DNA from: Paraspadella gotoi
Taxonomy: Eukaryota; Animalia; Chaetognatha
Reading direction: 5' to 3'
Length of the DNA stretch: 64,000 nt
NCBI GenBank assembly: GCA_051294375.1
Contig: JBJCIZ010000239.1
Span: 3,421,152-3,485,151, forward strand
Under the pieces are notes generated by a model, which saw only the letters and a program-made list of their open reading frames with translations, ran no database searches and had not been told where the DNA came from. This document shows, piece after piece, positions 50,188-63,770 of this stretch (its first letter is position 1; each line of letters starts with the position of its first letter). A program made the position numbers and the translations under genes.

Positions 50188-50775
50188 TTCTTTCTTCTCT
50201 CTTTCTCCTCTTTCTTCCATTCCTTGTTTATCATTTTAACTCCGCTTTTTTTTAACCTTTTTTCCTTTTATTCATTTCTTTTTTTCCTCTTTTATTTTCT
50301 TCTCCGTTTGACCACAAATAATGCGATTTGGAGCGATTTTCCTTTCCCAATTGCATCAGGAGATCTGAAGGGCAAACACAAATCAGAGACCCAATAATTG
50401 AGTCGGTCAGTTACACGAGAAAAACAGTTTTAACAATAAAAATAATTTGCTATATCCTTGGTTTGCTAAGCGTTCGTTCGTTTTCGTTCGTTCGTTCGTC
50501 TCGTTCGTGTCCTTCGTTCCTTTCGTTCATCCTTACGTTCGATTCCTTCGTTCGTTTCGTTCGTTCGTTCCTTCGTTCGTTCATTTCATTTGTTCGTTTC
50601 GTTCCTTCGTTCGTCCCTTCGTCCCTTCGCTGGGCCACTTCACTCCGTTTTTGACCCTAACGTGTTTTTTTTTTTTGCCATCGACGAACGCAAAAAGTCA
50701 TTACGTCACAATTGACGTCAACGACAACGCACAACAAAAAAAAGAAGAACTTAAAAACTTTCTCCTTTTCTTCCA
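49455..50775 (+). repeat. Local direct duplication of about 180 bp (49455-49635 and 50600-50775) containing CRE-like sites
   Basis: GTCCCTTCGCTGGGCCACT...TTACGTCACAATTGACGTCAACGACAAC occurs twice, on either side of an N gap. Confidence 0.75.
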
Positions 50776-52413
50776 TTCTCTCTCTTTTTCTCTCTCTGGC
50801 GACGCAAAAAGTGCGGCACGGAAAATATTCCCTACCATTGGCTTTTTTTTGCCCCCATTTTTTCTTTTTCCTCGATTTAACCAACGAGATTTTATTTTTC
50901 GCCTTATAAATAACCAAAACGCCGCTTTTCTCTTGTTTTTTTTTGTTTTTTTTTTGTTTTGGTTTGTTTTTAGTCGCCGCCACTAACGCCTGTGAATGAA
51001 CGCTTGAACAAAATAGCAAGGGCGCGGAAAACTCTATTTCTAATCGATAATCAATAATCCGAATATTCGCTAATCTCAAGGATATTTTACGTTAATCGGT
51101 CGTTGAAGAAAAAAAAAAACCTCAAAACTCCAGCGCCTGGAACTAAAAAGGAACATAAAAAAAGGGAATTAAATTAATATAAATGTCAATATTAAACATA
51201 ACGAGGGCCACTTTTCTCACTAGTTGGATCTATACGAATCCGACAAAGTCCTAACTTTAATTCGCAAAAACTAAGACTTCCGATCGACGCCAAGTTAAAT
51301 TCAAACAAAATAGCAACGAGTCGCAGAGAGAAAAAAANNNNNNNNNNNNNNNNNNNNNNNNNNNNNNNNNNNNNNNNNNNNNNNNNNNNNNNNNNNNNNN
51401 NNNNNNNNNNNNNNNNNNNNNNNNNNNNNNNNNNNNNNNNNNNNNNNNNNNNNNNNNNNNNNNNNNNNNNNNNNNNNNNNNNNNNNNNNNNNNNNNNNNN
51501 NNNNNNNNNNNNNNNNNNNNNNNNNNNNNNNNNNNNNNNNNNNNNNNNNNNNNNNNNNNNNNNNNNNNNNNNNNNNNNNNNNNNNNNNNNNNNNNNNNNN
51601 NNNNNNNNNNNNNNNNNNNNNNNNNNNNNNNNNNNNNNNNNNNNNNNNNNNNNNNNNNNNNNNNNNNNNNNNNNNNNNNNNNNNNNNNNNNNNNNNNNNN
51701 NNNNNNNNNNNNNNNNNNNNNNNNNNNNNNNNNNNNNNNNNNNNNNCATGACGACGACTTTTTTCCTGTTTTTTTATTTGGATCGAAATCCTTGGGTCTT
51801 CGTCCCTTGCTTCGGTCTCATCATCTGCGTTTGAGAGAGAGAGAGAGAAAAGAGAGAGAGTTAAATATCGAGAGAGAGAGAGAGAGACGCACGGAGTCGC
51901 CTTAAAAAAAAAAATCAATCAATCGATTATTACAGAAAGAATACGAAACGGTGCATGTAGAAGATTCGTTGCAAGACAACAAACAAATAAATAAACAAAA
52001 CGAAATAAAAAAAGAAAACCGAGTGCCGAAACAACAACGACAACAAAAAAACAACAACAATAACAACGAAAAGAAAACAAACCAAAAACAAAAGTCAAAA
52101 GAAAAAAAATTGAACATAAAAGAAAAGCGACAATTAAATCAACGAAAAGCAAGCAAGCAAGCAAGCAAGGAAAGCGACGAGCGACGAGCCCGAACCCCGA
52201 GTCCAAACGGCGGCAGAGCTTGCAAAAACGTTAAAAAAAAAAAAGCTTGGTAGAGCTCAAGAAGGAATTTAAAACAAAACGGCGAATAATTTGATTCCTT
52301 CTCTTAAGCCTTAAGGTTGCGACATAATCGCTCAAGATTATTGAGAGAGAGAGAAAACAAAAAATCCCGATCTTGCGAAATAAAATCAATAAAGACGCTG
52401 CCTCTGTCTCAGA

Positions 52414-52456
<43 letters not shown>

Positions 52457-52592
52457 CCTCTCAGTCTTCCTATCAGATAAAATATAAAATAAAATATAAA
52501 ATATATAACAACAACAACAACAACAACAACAACGACGACGACGACGACGACGAAACCCTACCCCGCTATGCCTCATTCCCAAACCCTGACCG

Positions 52593-55500
52593 ATGACTCG
52601 GACCGCGTTCCCTCGTTCTCTCCCGCACGACGCCGGTGACGCCGCCAACGGCGCCGTTTTCAAGATGGCGGCGGCGTCCGAGGCCAACAAGGTGGCGCGC
52701 CAAGATCGGCGCCGTCGGCGCTCTTCCCAGGAGAGCGACGGCGTCAACACGAAGAACCTGTTTAGGGCGTTGAACCTTGGGAAAGTTCGAACGGTGCAGC
52801 AGATTTTAGATTCGGGTAAGAGGAAAAGAGGAAAAGAGGGAAAACTAGGATATTTATGGCATCATGAAACGGTCTTTGACAAAATTGTTAGCGCTATATT
52901 CCGAAAGTGCCCCGTTTCTGTTCCTAATCGCTGTACCTAAATATTTAGCACTAATCTTTTAGCAAATATTTAACTCGATGCTTAACCTTAACCTATTACA
53001 CTAACCTTAACGATTTCTTTGCCGTTGGTTCTCATATGAAATTGGTACAACCAATATAAAAATTATCCATTATCCATAAATAAGCCATCTTGCCCCTTAC
53101 TTTGGACAGGCTTTGGTGGTTTAAGGCCTTTCATTTGTTTCGTGCATTATTTACTATTCTCTTTTTTTACTCCTCTTTCAAGTATAGTAAATAGTCGTTT
53201 AGTTACTAATTTTGATTTATAACTTCATTCCAAGTATATATTAAGTGGTTATAATATAAAAAAATTATCGGTTCTCCATAATATTAATCATAGTATCTTG
53301 CAATTATGTCAACCCTCGATTGTCGTTGCCATTGTCAAATCCATCCACCCAAAAGGTCACGACATCAACTGCAGAAACTCCGAGGGTCAAACTCCGTTGA
53401 TGCTGGCGGTGGGCGTGGCCAAAGAGGATCTGAGAAATCACTTCGTCAGACTCATGCTCGGCCAGGTGATTAAGATTGTTGAATCGCCAGGTAATTAATA
53501 TTGCGAAACGCCAGGTGATTAAGATTGTTAATCGACAGGTGATAAATATTGCGAAATCGCCAGGTGATTAATATTGCGAATCGCCAAGGTGATTAAGATT
53601 GCGAATCGCCAGGTGATTAATATTGCGAATCGCCAGGTGATTAAGATTGTGAATCGCTCGAAAAATAATAGTCAAACTTACCAAGCAAACCAAACAAAAT
53701 TATCTTAGCCGGGGAAAAATAAAAATAATCTAAAAATATAGGTTAAAACGAATTAAAAACAAAAACATTTAAATAACAATTGGAAAGGTATTGTTAAGAA
53801 ATTGTAAACCAATAACATAAAATTAATTTTTTTACAAATTAATGTTCACTGATGGAAGGTTGTTCTTAATTGACATTTAGAATTTTCGTATGTAACTTTC
53901 ACTACGCTCTAGTGTATAATATACCGGTGTATTGAAGAGAATAATTACTTACGCCGCAAGGTCGGTGGAGTTAATTAAATTCCATTCTCCGTCAAACCCC
54001 TCAACCACCCCCCCAACCCACCACCCCAGCCACTCTGCGACGTCAACGCCCAAGACGCCTTCGGTCGAACGGCGTTGATGTATTCGTGCATAGAGTCGCA
54101 AAGAGAAGACGTCGTCCGTCAACTCGTCAAGCGGGAAGAGATCGATCCCAATGTGAGAGATCACGAGGGGAACACGGCCGTCATTCACGCCGTTCACGCC
54201 GGTCGGTGAAAAACAAATTGGGGGTGGGGGTGTGGGGAGAGCGAGTTTGTTGCAGAGGGAAGAAGGCGGGGGAGGGAGATTTGTTTTTCGTCCGACAATA
54301 AAAACAAATACATTCTTTAATTCATTTGCATATTGTAGTGTTCTATGTTGTAACGTAACAAATTATTATTCTTGTTCTTTNNNNNNNNNNNNNNNNNNNN
54401 NNNNNNNNNNNNNNNNNNNNNNNNNNNNNNNNNNNNNNNNNNNNNNNNNNNNNNNNNNNNNNNNNNNNNNNNNNNNNNNNNNNNNNNNNNNNNNNNNNNN
54501 NNNNNNNNNNNNNNNNNNNNNNNNNNNNNNNNNNNNNNNNNNNNNNNNNNNNNNNNNNNNNNNNNNNNNNNNNNNNNNNNNNNNNNAGGGATAAGACATT
54601 TGGGATAATTCTCATCGAGCCAATATCTTTCACAGGTAACGCCTCGGTCATTCGCATCCTAGTGAACAGCGTCAACANNNNNNNNNNTCCAACGACTTCG
54701 GGTCCGCGATGGCGTAATCGAGGACATTCACGCCGCGCGTGGGCGTGGCTTTGTTCAAACGTTGAAGGTCCGTCTCCATAAGGAGGTCGTACAACCTTCT
54801 CCCAGCAGAATTCGTCATTGCAGATCCAAGTTTCTCGTGGTTGGCGTTCAAGTCGCCCAAGAGGAGACTGAGGCAAACGTCTTTCTGATCCTTTTCGAAA
54901 AAACTCTTTGATGGCATCAGTGTTGAGGTCTCGAATGGACGGCAATCCGGCCCTGCCCGTCGACGGGTGATTGTAATAAGTCCCTAGTTTGATTTGATTT
55001 TCCTCGGGACGCTTCCACCACGATAGCCAAAGCGTCCAAAGCGTAGTTTTTTGGCTCCAGTGCGGGAGTTTCTTGACCTCGAAGGCGTCGGGGACCAGAA
55101 AGGCCACGCCTCCGGCGTTTCCGGTATTTTTTTTCGCCGAAGAAGTTATCCTGGATGAGCTTGAAGCCGGGAATGGGTTCGAAACCCTTTCGGCGTCTAT
55201 CGTCGTCGTCGTCGTCATCGTCGTCAGGATTGTAGTCGTCGTCATTGTAGTAATTTTTAACGTAGTCTTCGTCTTCGTCGTCGTCGTCGTCGTCGTCGTC
55301 GACGACGTAACGCGCGTCATTCAGGGAAAGAATGACGCCTTCTCTTCCGATTAAATATCTTCTTAAATCGTCGCGTCTCTTGCGAAGCCCAGCTACATTG
55401 AGATGTACTATCTAGGAAAAAAAGTATATGACATTTTTAATAAAGGATATCTACTCGAAAACTTATTTAATTTAAAAAAAAAATTAGAACGTTTCCGAAT

Positions 55501-58328
55501 CTATATTGAATTTTCTCTCAGTAGCTTCCTTCTATTTTTTTTTGGTAGGTCAAATCGTTTAGAAGTTACANNNNNNNNNNNNNNNNNNNNNNNNNNNNNN
55601 NNNNNNNNNNNNNNNNNNNNNNNNNNNNNNNNNNNNNNNNNNNNNNNNNNNNTTTTTTTAATATTTTTTTAATTTGGCAATGCTAAAGGCTTGGTTCAAA
55701 AAAGTATTATTATAGTTTCAGATAAGAGGGAAAAATGCTTTACATTAATATCGGGGCTGCGCAGAATTGCGTTAAAAATATCAAAAAACAATTTGCTGTA
55801 TAAGAGCATACCCAGACAAAGGCAGGCAATAATTAATGCCGAGGAAGGGTATACCAAATATTGAAAATGTTATCATGATGTTTTACCAATGTTTTATATA
55901 TTTTTTATTGAATAAATGAATTATGTCATATACTTTTTTCCTAGATAGTACAACCGATAATTTGAAGTTTGCGCGGCTTCCGCTGCTTTCGTCCACATCT
56001 TCGTTTGCCGATACAATCGCCTTTGAAGACGAAAGCCTTGCGGATAGCGTTGCTGACCGAGTCTTTGGCGGCGAGGGCGTAGAAGGCGATGACGCCGAAG
56101 ATGTCGACGAATCCGACGATTGCTGAGACCACGAGGAACCTTGCGACGATTCTGGCGAAACCTCGGACGTTGAGGATTTCCGTTTGTCGCTCTGACTCAT
56201 TTCGATTTTTCTTTACTTTATTCGTAATGGATTTTTTTTATTCTCTTGGAATTTTAAGTCCTTTTTGTATTGATACAATTTTTAAAATTGATCCCGACTT
56301 CCCGGTGACATTTGAATATAGTATTCTACCGGTACAAGCGAAGCTATTTTCGAAAGAGAAACTTGCAAAATATTCGACTGCGTCTTATTTCTGATAAATG
56401 ATGAAAAGACATAAAAAAAACAATAAAAAGAAAAAAATTCAGGATTTTCCTAAATTACTCGACGTTTCCAAAGCGGTCGTGCAAGTTCCGTAAATCGTTT
56501 AGAGACCAATCAGCTTTCCGTATATTTTAAACCGTTAATTAACGAAACTTTTCATTTAAAAATAGAAAAGGTCTACGTTTAAATCTATATTTTAAACTTT
56601 GTCATCCATTAACTTTCCGTTTGGACCCGAAATTTAGCGAGCGCAAGGGATGTGGTCGGTGTTATACCGTCANNNNNNNNNNTGTTCATGGCCTTCAAAC
56701 TCCAGCAGGTGATAAAATCACAATGTAATAGAATCACTCGCTCCGGAGAAAAGCCGGGATTCATTATTTCTCACCAGTCAATTTTTCACTTTATTTCGTT
56801 GTATATAAATATACTTTTATCTAAACTTAACCAGTTTCAATATTTTCCCGCTGTCAATGTTTCGACTCCCACTAAATGAAGTCTTAGTAACACCCATGAC
56901 CAAGATCTTATAAAATTCCCCAATTCGCGACAACTGACGAAACCTCTGCCTTTTCTCACAATTTTATGTCTTTTCTNNNNNNNNNNNNNNNNNNNNNNNN
57001 NNNNNNNNNNNNNNNNNNNNNNNNNNNNNNNNNNNNNNNNNNNNNNNNNNNNNNNNNNNNNNNNNNNNNNNNNNNNNNNNNNNNNNNNNNNNNNNNNNNN
57101 NNNNNNNNNNNNNNNNNNNNNNNNNNNNNNNNNNNNNNNNNNNNNNNNNNNNNNNNNNNNNNNNNNNNNNNNNNNNNNNNNNNNNNNNNNNNNNNNNNNN
57201 NNNNNNNNNNNNNNNNNNNNNNNNNNNNNNNNNNNNNNNNNNNNNNNNNNNNNNNNNNNNNNNNNNNNNNNNNNNNNNNNNNNNNNNNNNNNNNNNNTCG
57301 TTAGGACTGTGGATGGAACACTACGCCTGGGATGATGCGTTCCCTCTCTGAGCCAATGGATTTGGCTGAACGAGGGTGGACGTGATGCGGTGTGAATATA
57401 CCGCCACAACACTTTCTTTTTCTCATCACCTCACTGTTTCATTATCTTGCCCTCTTAACCTCGGTAAAACCGCCGCGTCCCCGATTTAAGAACCTTCACA
57501 ACATCGCCCGCTCTCCTTCCCCGGGGATTTTCACGTGATAACTGGCTGCTGCTCCGTTCAGTTCTACCGACAGATCCGAGAGTTAAGAAGTACCAGCAGT
57601 GCTGGTCCAGCACGTCTCAACCTTTACATTGATTGTTAATAATTAACACCCCGCAGTTTCCGTCAACCCCGGTTTCACATAACCTTAACCACCCTCTGTT
57701 ATATCGTCTGATGACAATTTTAAATCACCCCTCAGACAACTCACAAACTCAACCTTTCCCCCGGACTTCAGATCGAGTGCTGTCAAGTCCTGATCAACGA
57801 AGGCTCCGCAGATTTCTCCATGATCAAAGAGACGGACAATCTCTTCAAGATCCTCAACCCGGGCGTCGACGTCCCGCGCGGCCGGCGGAGGGACGACCGG
57901 GACGGCGACGCCGGCCGAGCGAGGGACGCCGGCCGGGGCGAGGATCCCGGCCGGCGATTCGGGGAGCGAAACGACGGCCGGCGAGAGGCCGGCCAAGCGG
58001 TCGGGGAAGATCGGGCTGGAAAGGCGGCGGTCAGGCAAAACAGACACCATAAGAGTAGGTGAGAGAGTGAGAGAGAGTGAGAGGGGGAGAAAGAGAGAAA
58101 GAGAGAGTGAGAGAGAGAGGCCAGAGGAGATAGAGAAAGAAAAAAAAGGTTCATGTAAATACATACAGACAGAGAAGAATAGATATATGGACAATGGACA
58201 GAGACAGAATAGATAAATGTATGAATTATAGACATATATAATTATATATGTACTTTTAGCTACTATTAGCTAAATACATATGCATAGAAAGATGAACAAC
58301 ATTTTATTAAAAAGTCAGACTCTCAATT

Positions 58329-58396
<68 letters not shown>

Positions 58397-58934
58397 AATA
58401 TTCTCCAAAATCAAAGATCCTCCCGCGTGTCCGCGTCCGACGCCGCCTTTCCGGATCCCGTCCCCCCGGCGTCGCCGCTTCGGCGTCTAACGGCGCCGCC
58501 CGTCGATTTCCCCGTCAACCCGGCGCCGTCTCCGCGGCACCAACGACGCGACGTCTCGGGACGGCGCGGCGCCGGGACGGAGGACGACGCCGGCGCCGAG
58601 TGGAGGGGGAAAGCAGGAAGAGGAGGAATGAAGAAGAGGTCGAGGGGTGAGTATGGGGAGAGGGGGAGGTGGGGAGGAGAGATGGAGGAAGAGGAAGAGG
58701 AGGATTATAATGAAGAAGATGAGGGAGAAAGGAAGTAGGAGGAAATTGGGCGGAGGATAAATTATTATTTTACATCAAGCTAACCCTGAAATACATGTAC
58801 TTTTTTCTTTTTCTAACTTTATAGTAATCAATGACATTGATTGATTGATTTAATTATTTAATTAATTAATTAACAGGAAATTCTTCCATCGCCGACGAAG
58901 CGCGAGATCAAAACGATAATCGCCTTCCACAAGT

Positions 58935-58969
<35 letters not shown>

Positions 58970-61900
58970 TCGTCGCTCCTGGATCCAGAAGAAGATTCGA
59001 GGACAAAGCGAACAAGGATTTTCTTCTGGGTTCTGGTGAACGATTGATTGATTGATTGATTGATTGATCGAAAAACACTGACTAATTTTGCTGGATAATT
59101 TGACTTATATTGTAGACGCAACCATCGTATAGACGTATAAATAAAATAAATAAATAAAAGATTTGGTGTTTGTTGGTTTATGACAGTCAATTTACTAAAA
59201 TCGAGTAAAATAAACGACGACGACGACGACGACGACGACGACGTCTATTAACCATAACGATGATAATAACTTTAACGTTAACGAAAACGACTATAATTAC
59301 GATAAAGCCTTTGACGACCCGTTCCAGGGATCGACTCTAACCGCGACAACTCGATGCCGAATCTCAACCGACGCCTCAACTCGGTGGTCGTCGACGGCGA
59401 CGATGTCTTCAGGTTGGAAGATCGTGAAGGCTCTAGGGTCCGAATCCGAGTCCGGGGTTTGAATCTCGGTCCGGGATTTGAATCCGGTTCCGGGCCTTGA
59501 ATTCGGGTCATTGGTTCGAATCCGGGTCCAAAGTTTGAATCTCGGTCCGGGGTTTGGAATTTTGAGTCATGTGTTCGAATCCGCTTCCGGTGTTTGAATC
59601 CGGGTCATGGGTTCTAATCCGGGTCCAAGGTTCAAATCTGGGTCCGAACGTAGAGTTTTCATTTTGGAAATATTTAATGTCAGGTCGACGGCCAACGCGT
59701 CGAGCGCCAACCACACCGGCGGCGTCTCCCTTCCCTCGAATGTGCATCTTTCTTCCAACCAGACTCGGAAAAAGATTCACAGCAGGTCTGATTATTTTGT
59801 GAATTTCGTCAATTTTATGGCATTTATTACTGAATTTGGTGACTATCGTTCGTATCATATTTTGAGAATAAACTCCTGGGATCGAATTTTTAAGACTTTT
59901 TCTTAACTTTTGTGACATAATTTCGTGACATTTGTGACGTGCTTTTGTGACTGACTCTTGAGAGGGACTTTAATAACATAAATTTTTGACTCACTTTTGT
60001 TACAGACCTTCGTGACTTATCAGGGGGCTTAAGTGTTTTAGTGAATTTGTAACGTATACTATCTACCTCTGGTGTTTATCATATTGTGACTTGCCTTATT
60101 TGTTACTTTGACTATGACTATAGCCACTTTTAAATGACTTAAAGAGCAAACCTTCTTTACGACGTTGCTTCGTTAGAAATTGTTTAATTGTTTAATAGTA
60201 CCATTTCAAAGACAACGATTCCACCATCTCCCCCTTGAAAGGCTCTCCTCGTCAGCCAAACGCCTCCCCAAATCGAAAACGGGGAAACAGAAGTAACGAT
60301 TCGTTCCTTCGACTCCGAGGAATCGGTGGGGACCCGATCACAGACAACGCGGCTGACAAAAGGTGGAGAGAGAGAGAGAGAGAGAGAGAGAGCAGAGAAG
60401 AGAGAAGACGGATCGATGCAGAGGAGAGAGAGAAAGAAAGAAAGAATAAGAAAGAAAGAGAGAGAAAATAAAAAAGATGAAAATGATGAGAGAATATCTT
60501 GGACCCTCCCAGACTGACATTCTTCCAATCATCTCCTGACCTCACCAATTGGCCTTTACTTACCCTACCCGACCTCCCTCCAGGCCGCAGCATCAGTACC
60601 GGCGACGCAGAGTCTCGGTCCTTCGGCGGCGACTTCGCTGAGAAGAAGAATCGATCGTCGAGTGGATCGTCGGCGCCGCTGCCCAGCCCCACCTCCGCCC
60701 CATCGGCCCTTGCCCTCGGTCACGTCTCGGGTAGGGCTGGGTGAAAGAAAATGGAGAGAAATAAAAAAAAGAAAGACACAAAAAAAAGAAGAATGGAAAG
60801 AAAGTACTTACCTTTGAACCCACCCAAATTTCTATCCAATCAGATCCTCACAATTTTCCCTCTGGCCCATTCGGCGCGTCTCTCCGTCCACCCAAGCTTT
60901 CTCCCATCGCCCCCTCTTTGCTGTCCAAGTCGGGCGCCAAGGCCGTCCAGGGATCGTTCGGCCCCACCGGGCGGGCCCACAGAGGTGAGCGGGGGATTTA
61001 GGTTGGCGGGCCCATAGAGGACACAACCGAGGAGATTCACTTTAATTCTTTTTTATTCTTTCTCTTCTCCCATCTTCCACTTTTTATTTCATTTTTTGTC
61101 GGATCTGCTTATCAGCAGATCCCGACTCTATAATTCACTTTTTCGGTCCGTCGGTTCGCCCCTCAATCATGTCGGGCATTAACTTATTTCATGTCAGACA
61201 TCGAATTATGATAAAATTCAAGAAAAATATGTCCGTCGTCCGTCGTCCGTCCATCTGTCTGTCTGTCGTCCGTCCGTCCACTTAGCAAAAAACTCAATTG
61301 CTCGTGATTGGTAGGATGGATTGAAATGAAATTTTGTTGTGGGTAGGGAAGTGTGTGATTGACCTGGATATTGAAGTTTCGGATCGAGCGAGTGGAAATG
61401 AGTTTAAATGGAAAAAATAAAAAACCTGTTTCACTAATTGATTATGCTTCTTTTTTTCTTTTATATTAAATTTTATTGAAAGATGTAATAATTAATCAAA
61501 TAATTAAACAGCTAATTATCAATCAATTATTCAATCAATCAGTCGGTCAGTGAGGAAAGACCTAAAAACACAACACATTTCGGATTCAAATTAATTAATT
61601 ATTAATCAAATATTATTTTAGTTTATATAGTTTGTATTAATTAATTTATTACCTTTAATTAATTTATTATTAATTAATTATTTAAATAATTAATTAATTA
61701 TTAATTATTATTCCGGAATTAATTTTTTTCTTCTCTCTCTCAGATACTCATTCTCGAGGGACGCCAAGACTCGTTGCGGCAAATTGGTCGACTATCTGCA
61801 GGTTTTGGATTCGAACTGCAAAAGACAGAAATTCCTAAAAAATGAACAAGTCAAACGACAAAAGGATAAAAGACCAAAGCCAAAAAAAATACAAAAATAA

Positions 61901-63013
61901 AAAAAAACAAAAGACAAAAAGACGAAGAGTCGAAAACAACAAAAGACTAAAAAACAAAAGTCCAAAATACAGACTGACAAAAACACAAAAACATGAATCT
62001 ACGAAAATACAAAAGTACAAAAAGACAAAAAGTTCTAAAAACTAAAACACTAAAACACTAAAAGACAAAAAGAAAAAGACAAAAGACTAAAGTCGAAGAC
62101 AATAAGTCTAAAACACTAAAACACTAAAAGACAAAAAGACAAAAAGACAAAAAGACAAAAAGTCTAAAACACTAAAACACTAAAGACAAAAAGACAAAAA
62201 GTCTAAAACACTAAACCTAAAAGAAAAGACAAAAAGACAAAAAGTCTAAAACCACTAAAACACTAAAAGACAAAAAGACAAAAACAAAAAGACTAAAAAG
62301 TCGAAAAGACAAAAAGTCTAAAACACTAAAACACTAAAAGACAAAAAGATAAAAAGACAAAAAGACAAAAAAGTCTAAAACACTAAACATAAAACACTAA
62401 AACACTAAAAAGACAAAAAGACAAAAAGTCTAAAAACACTAAAAACACTAAAACACTAGAGACAAAAAGATAAAAACAAAAAGACAAAGACAAAAAGACT
62501 AAAGTCGAAAAGACAAAAAGTCTAAAACACTAAAACACAAAAGACAAAAGACAAAAAGACAAAAAGACAAAAAGTCTAAAACACTAAAACACAAAACAAA
62601 AAGACAAAAAGACAAAAGTCTAAAACACTAAAAGACCAAAAAGGCAAAAGACAAAAAGACAAAAGTCTAAAACACTAAAAGACAAAAAAGACAAAAAAGA
62701 CAAAAAAGACAAAAAAGACAAAAAAACAAAAAGACAAAAAGACAAAAAGACAAAAAGACTAAAAAACTAAACACTAAAACACTAAAACACTACAAGACAA
62801 AAAGACAAAAACAGACAAAAGACTAAAACGTCTAAAACACTAAAAGACAAAAAAGACAAAAGACAAAAAGACAAAAAGACAAAAAGACAAAAAGACAAAA
62901 AGACAAAAAGACAAAAAGACAAAAAGACAAAAACACTAAAAGAAAAAAAACAATTTCCCCTGCAGGAAATTGCGCTCAGTTGTCCCCAGTACGCGTCTCC
63001 GGTTCAACGGCTG
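52593..63013 (+). CDS. Ankyrin-repeat protein, ANKRD34/ANKRD63-like, with long low-complexity C-terminus
   Basis: Exons 52593-52815, 53356-53465 (DINCRNSEGQTPLMLA), 54030-54201 (DVNAQDAFGRTALMYSC..DPNVRDHEGNTAVIHA), 54636-gap (GNASVIRILV), gap-56708 (LFMAFKLQQ) and 57772 onward (IECCQVLINEGSAD). Further probable exons near 58420, 58880, 59330, 59685, 60240, 60585, 60845, 61745 and 62965. The 3' end is uncertain. Confidence 0.75.
53460..53657 (+). repeat. Eight tandem copies of an about 24-nt unit containing the donor CAG|GTGATT
   Basis: GCCAGGTGATTAAGATTGCGAATC x8, the first copy overlapping the true exon 2 donor. Confidence 0.85.
54689..56200 (-). CDS. EEP/APE-type endonuclease of non-LTR-retrotransposon type with Ser-rich leader and Asp-rich insertion; interrupted by a MITE and truncated by a gap
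   Basis: MSQSDKRK..FKLSVV|HLNVAGLRKRRDDLRRYL..VILSLND..IPGFKLI..NAGGVAFLV..LGTYYNHP..LLLGDLNANH..NSAGRRL..PTRGVNVLDYAIA. Two frameshifts, both in homopolymer runs. Confidence 0.7.
55408..55948. mobile_element. MITE with about 26-bp TIRs and TA (or GTAC) target duplication
   Basis: TA-CTATCTAGGAAAAAAAGTATATGACAT ... ATGTCATATACTTTTTTCCTAGATAG-TA. Removing the element and one TSD restores the endonuclease frame (SVVHLNVAG). Confidence 0.85.
59437..59648 (+). repeat. Intronic minisatellite of GGTTTGAATCCGGGTCC-like units
   Basis: About 11 degenerate units of about 19 nt. Confidence 0.75.
61092..61400 (+). mobile_element. Second HINE/DINE-like element, 5' portion
   Basis: TTTTGTCGGATCTGCT-tatc-AGCAGATCCCGACTCTATAATTCAC hairpin followed by GTCY microsatellites. 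Confidence 0.55.
61850..62940. repeat. Compound (GACAAAAA)n/(AAAACACT)n satellite
   Basis: Direct reading of the sequence. Confidence 0.9.
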
Positions 63014-63079
63014 AACTTGTCGAAGGCTCCGCATCCCGGCATTCCGCAGTTCATGCGCCAAATGAGAAACAAGTCAGTT

Positions 63080-63202
63080 TTTTATTTATCTTTTTATTTA
63101 TTTACTTATTTATTTATTTCTTTCTTTTTATTTATTTGTTTATTTATTATATTTATTTATTTACTTATTTAATTTATTTATTTATTTATTTATTTACTTA
63201 TT

Positions 63203-63246
<44 letters not shown>

Positions 63247-63690
63247 ATTGTTTATTATTTATTTAATTTATTTATTTATTTACTTATTAAATTATTTATT
63301 TATTTTTTTTTATTTATTTGTTATTTATTTATCTTATTTATTTATTATTTATTTTATTTATTTATTTATTTTTTATTTATTTGTTTATTTATTATTTTAA
63401 TTTTATTATTTTATTTATTTATTTATTATTTTTATTTATTTGTTTATTATTTATTTATTATTATTTATTTATTTATTTATTTATTTATCTATTATTTTAT
63501 TTATTTATTTATTACTTATTTTAAATTTAATTTATTTATTTATTTATTTACTTATTTAATTATTTATTTATCTAATTTTTTTATTTACTTATTTAATTTA
63601 TTTATATTTATTATTTATTTATTTATTTTATTTATCTTATTTAACTTATAATTTATTTATTTATTTATTTATTTATTTTTTTTTTTTTTT
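63080..63690. repeat. Degenerate (TTTA)n tract
   Basis: Direct reading of the sequence. Confidence 0.9.
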
Positions 63691-63770
63691 AGTTTTGAGC
63701 CGCGAGTCCTCGCGGAGCAACTCTGATAAGTCACTTTTCGGTCGGTCGTCGGTCTGTACGTCGTCCGTCG
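63691..63770 (+). mobile_element. HINE-like family C 5' fragment
   Basis: GCCGCGAGTCCTCGCGGAGCAACTCTGATAAGTCACTTTTCGGTCGGTCG. Confidence 0.65.

Noticed and set aside
53460-53657. CRISPR-like array (also 59437-59648 and 37985-38745)
   Set aside because: Units are head to tail without unique spacers, the context is eukaryotic and there are no cas genes.
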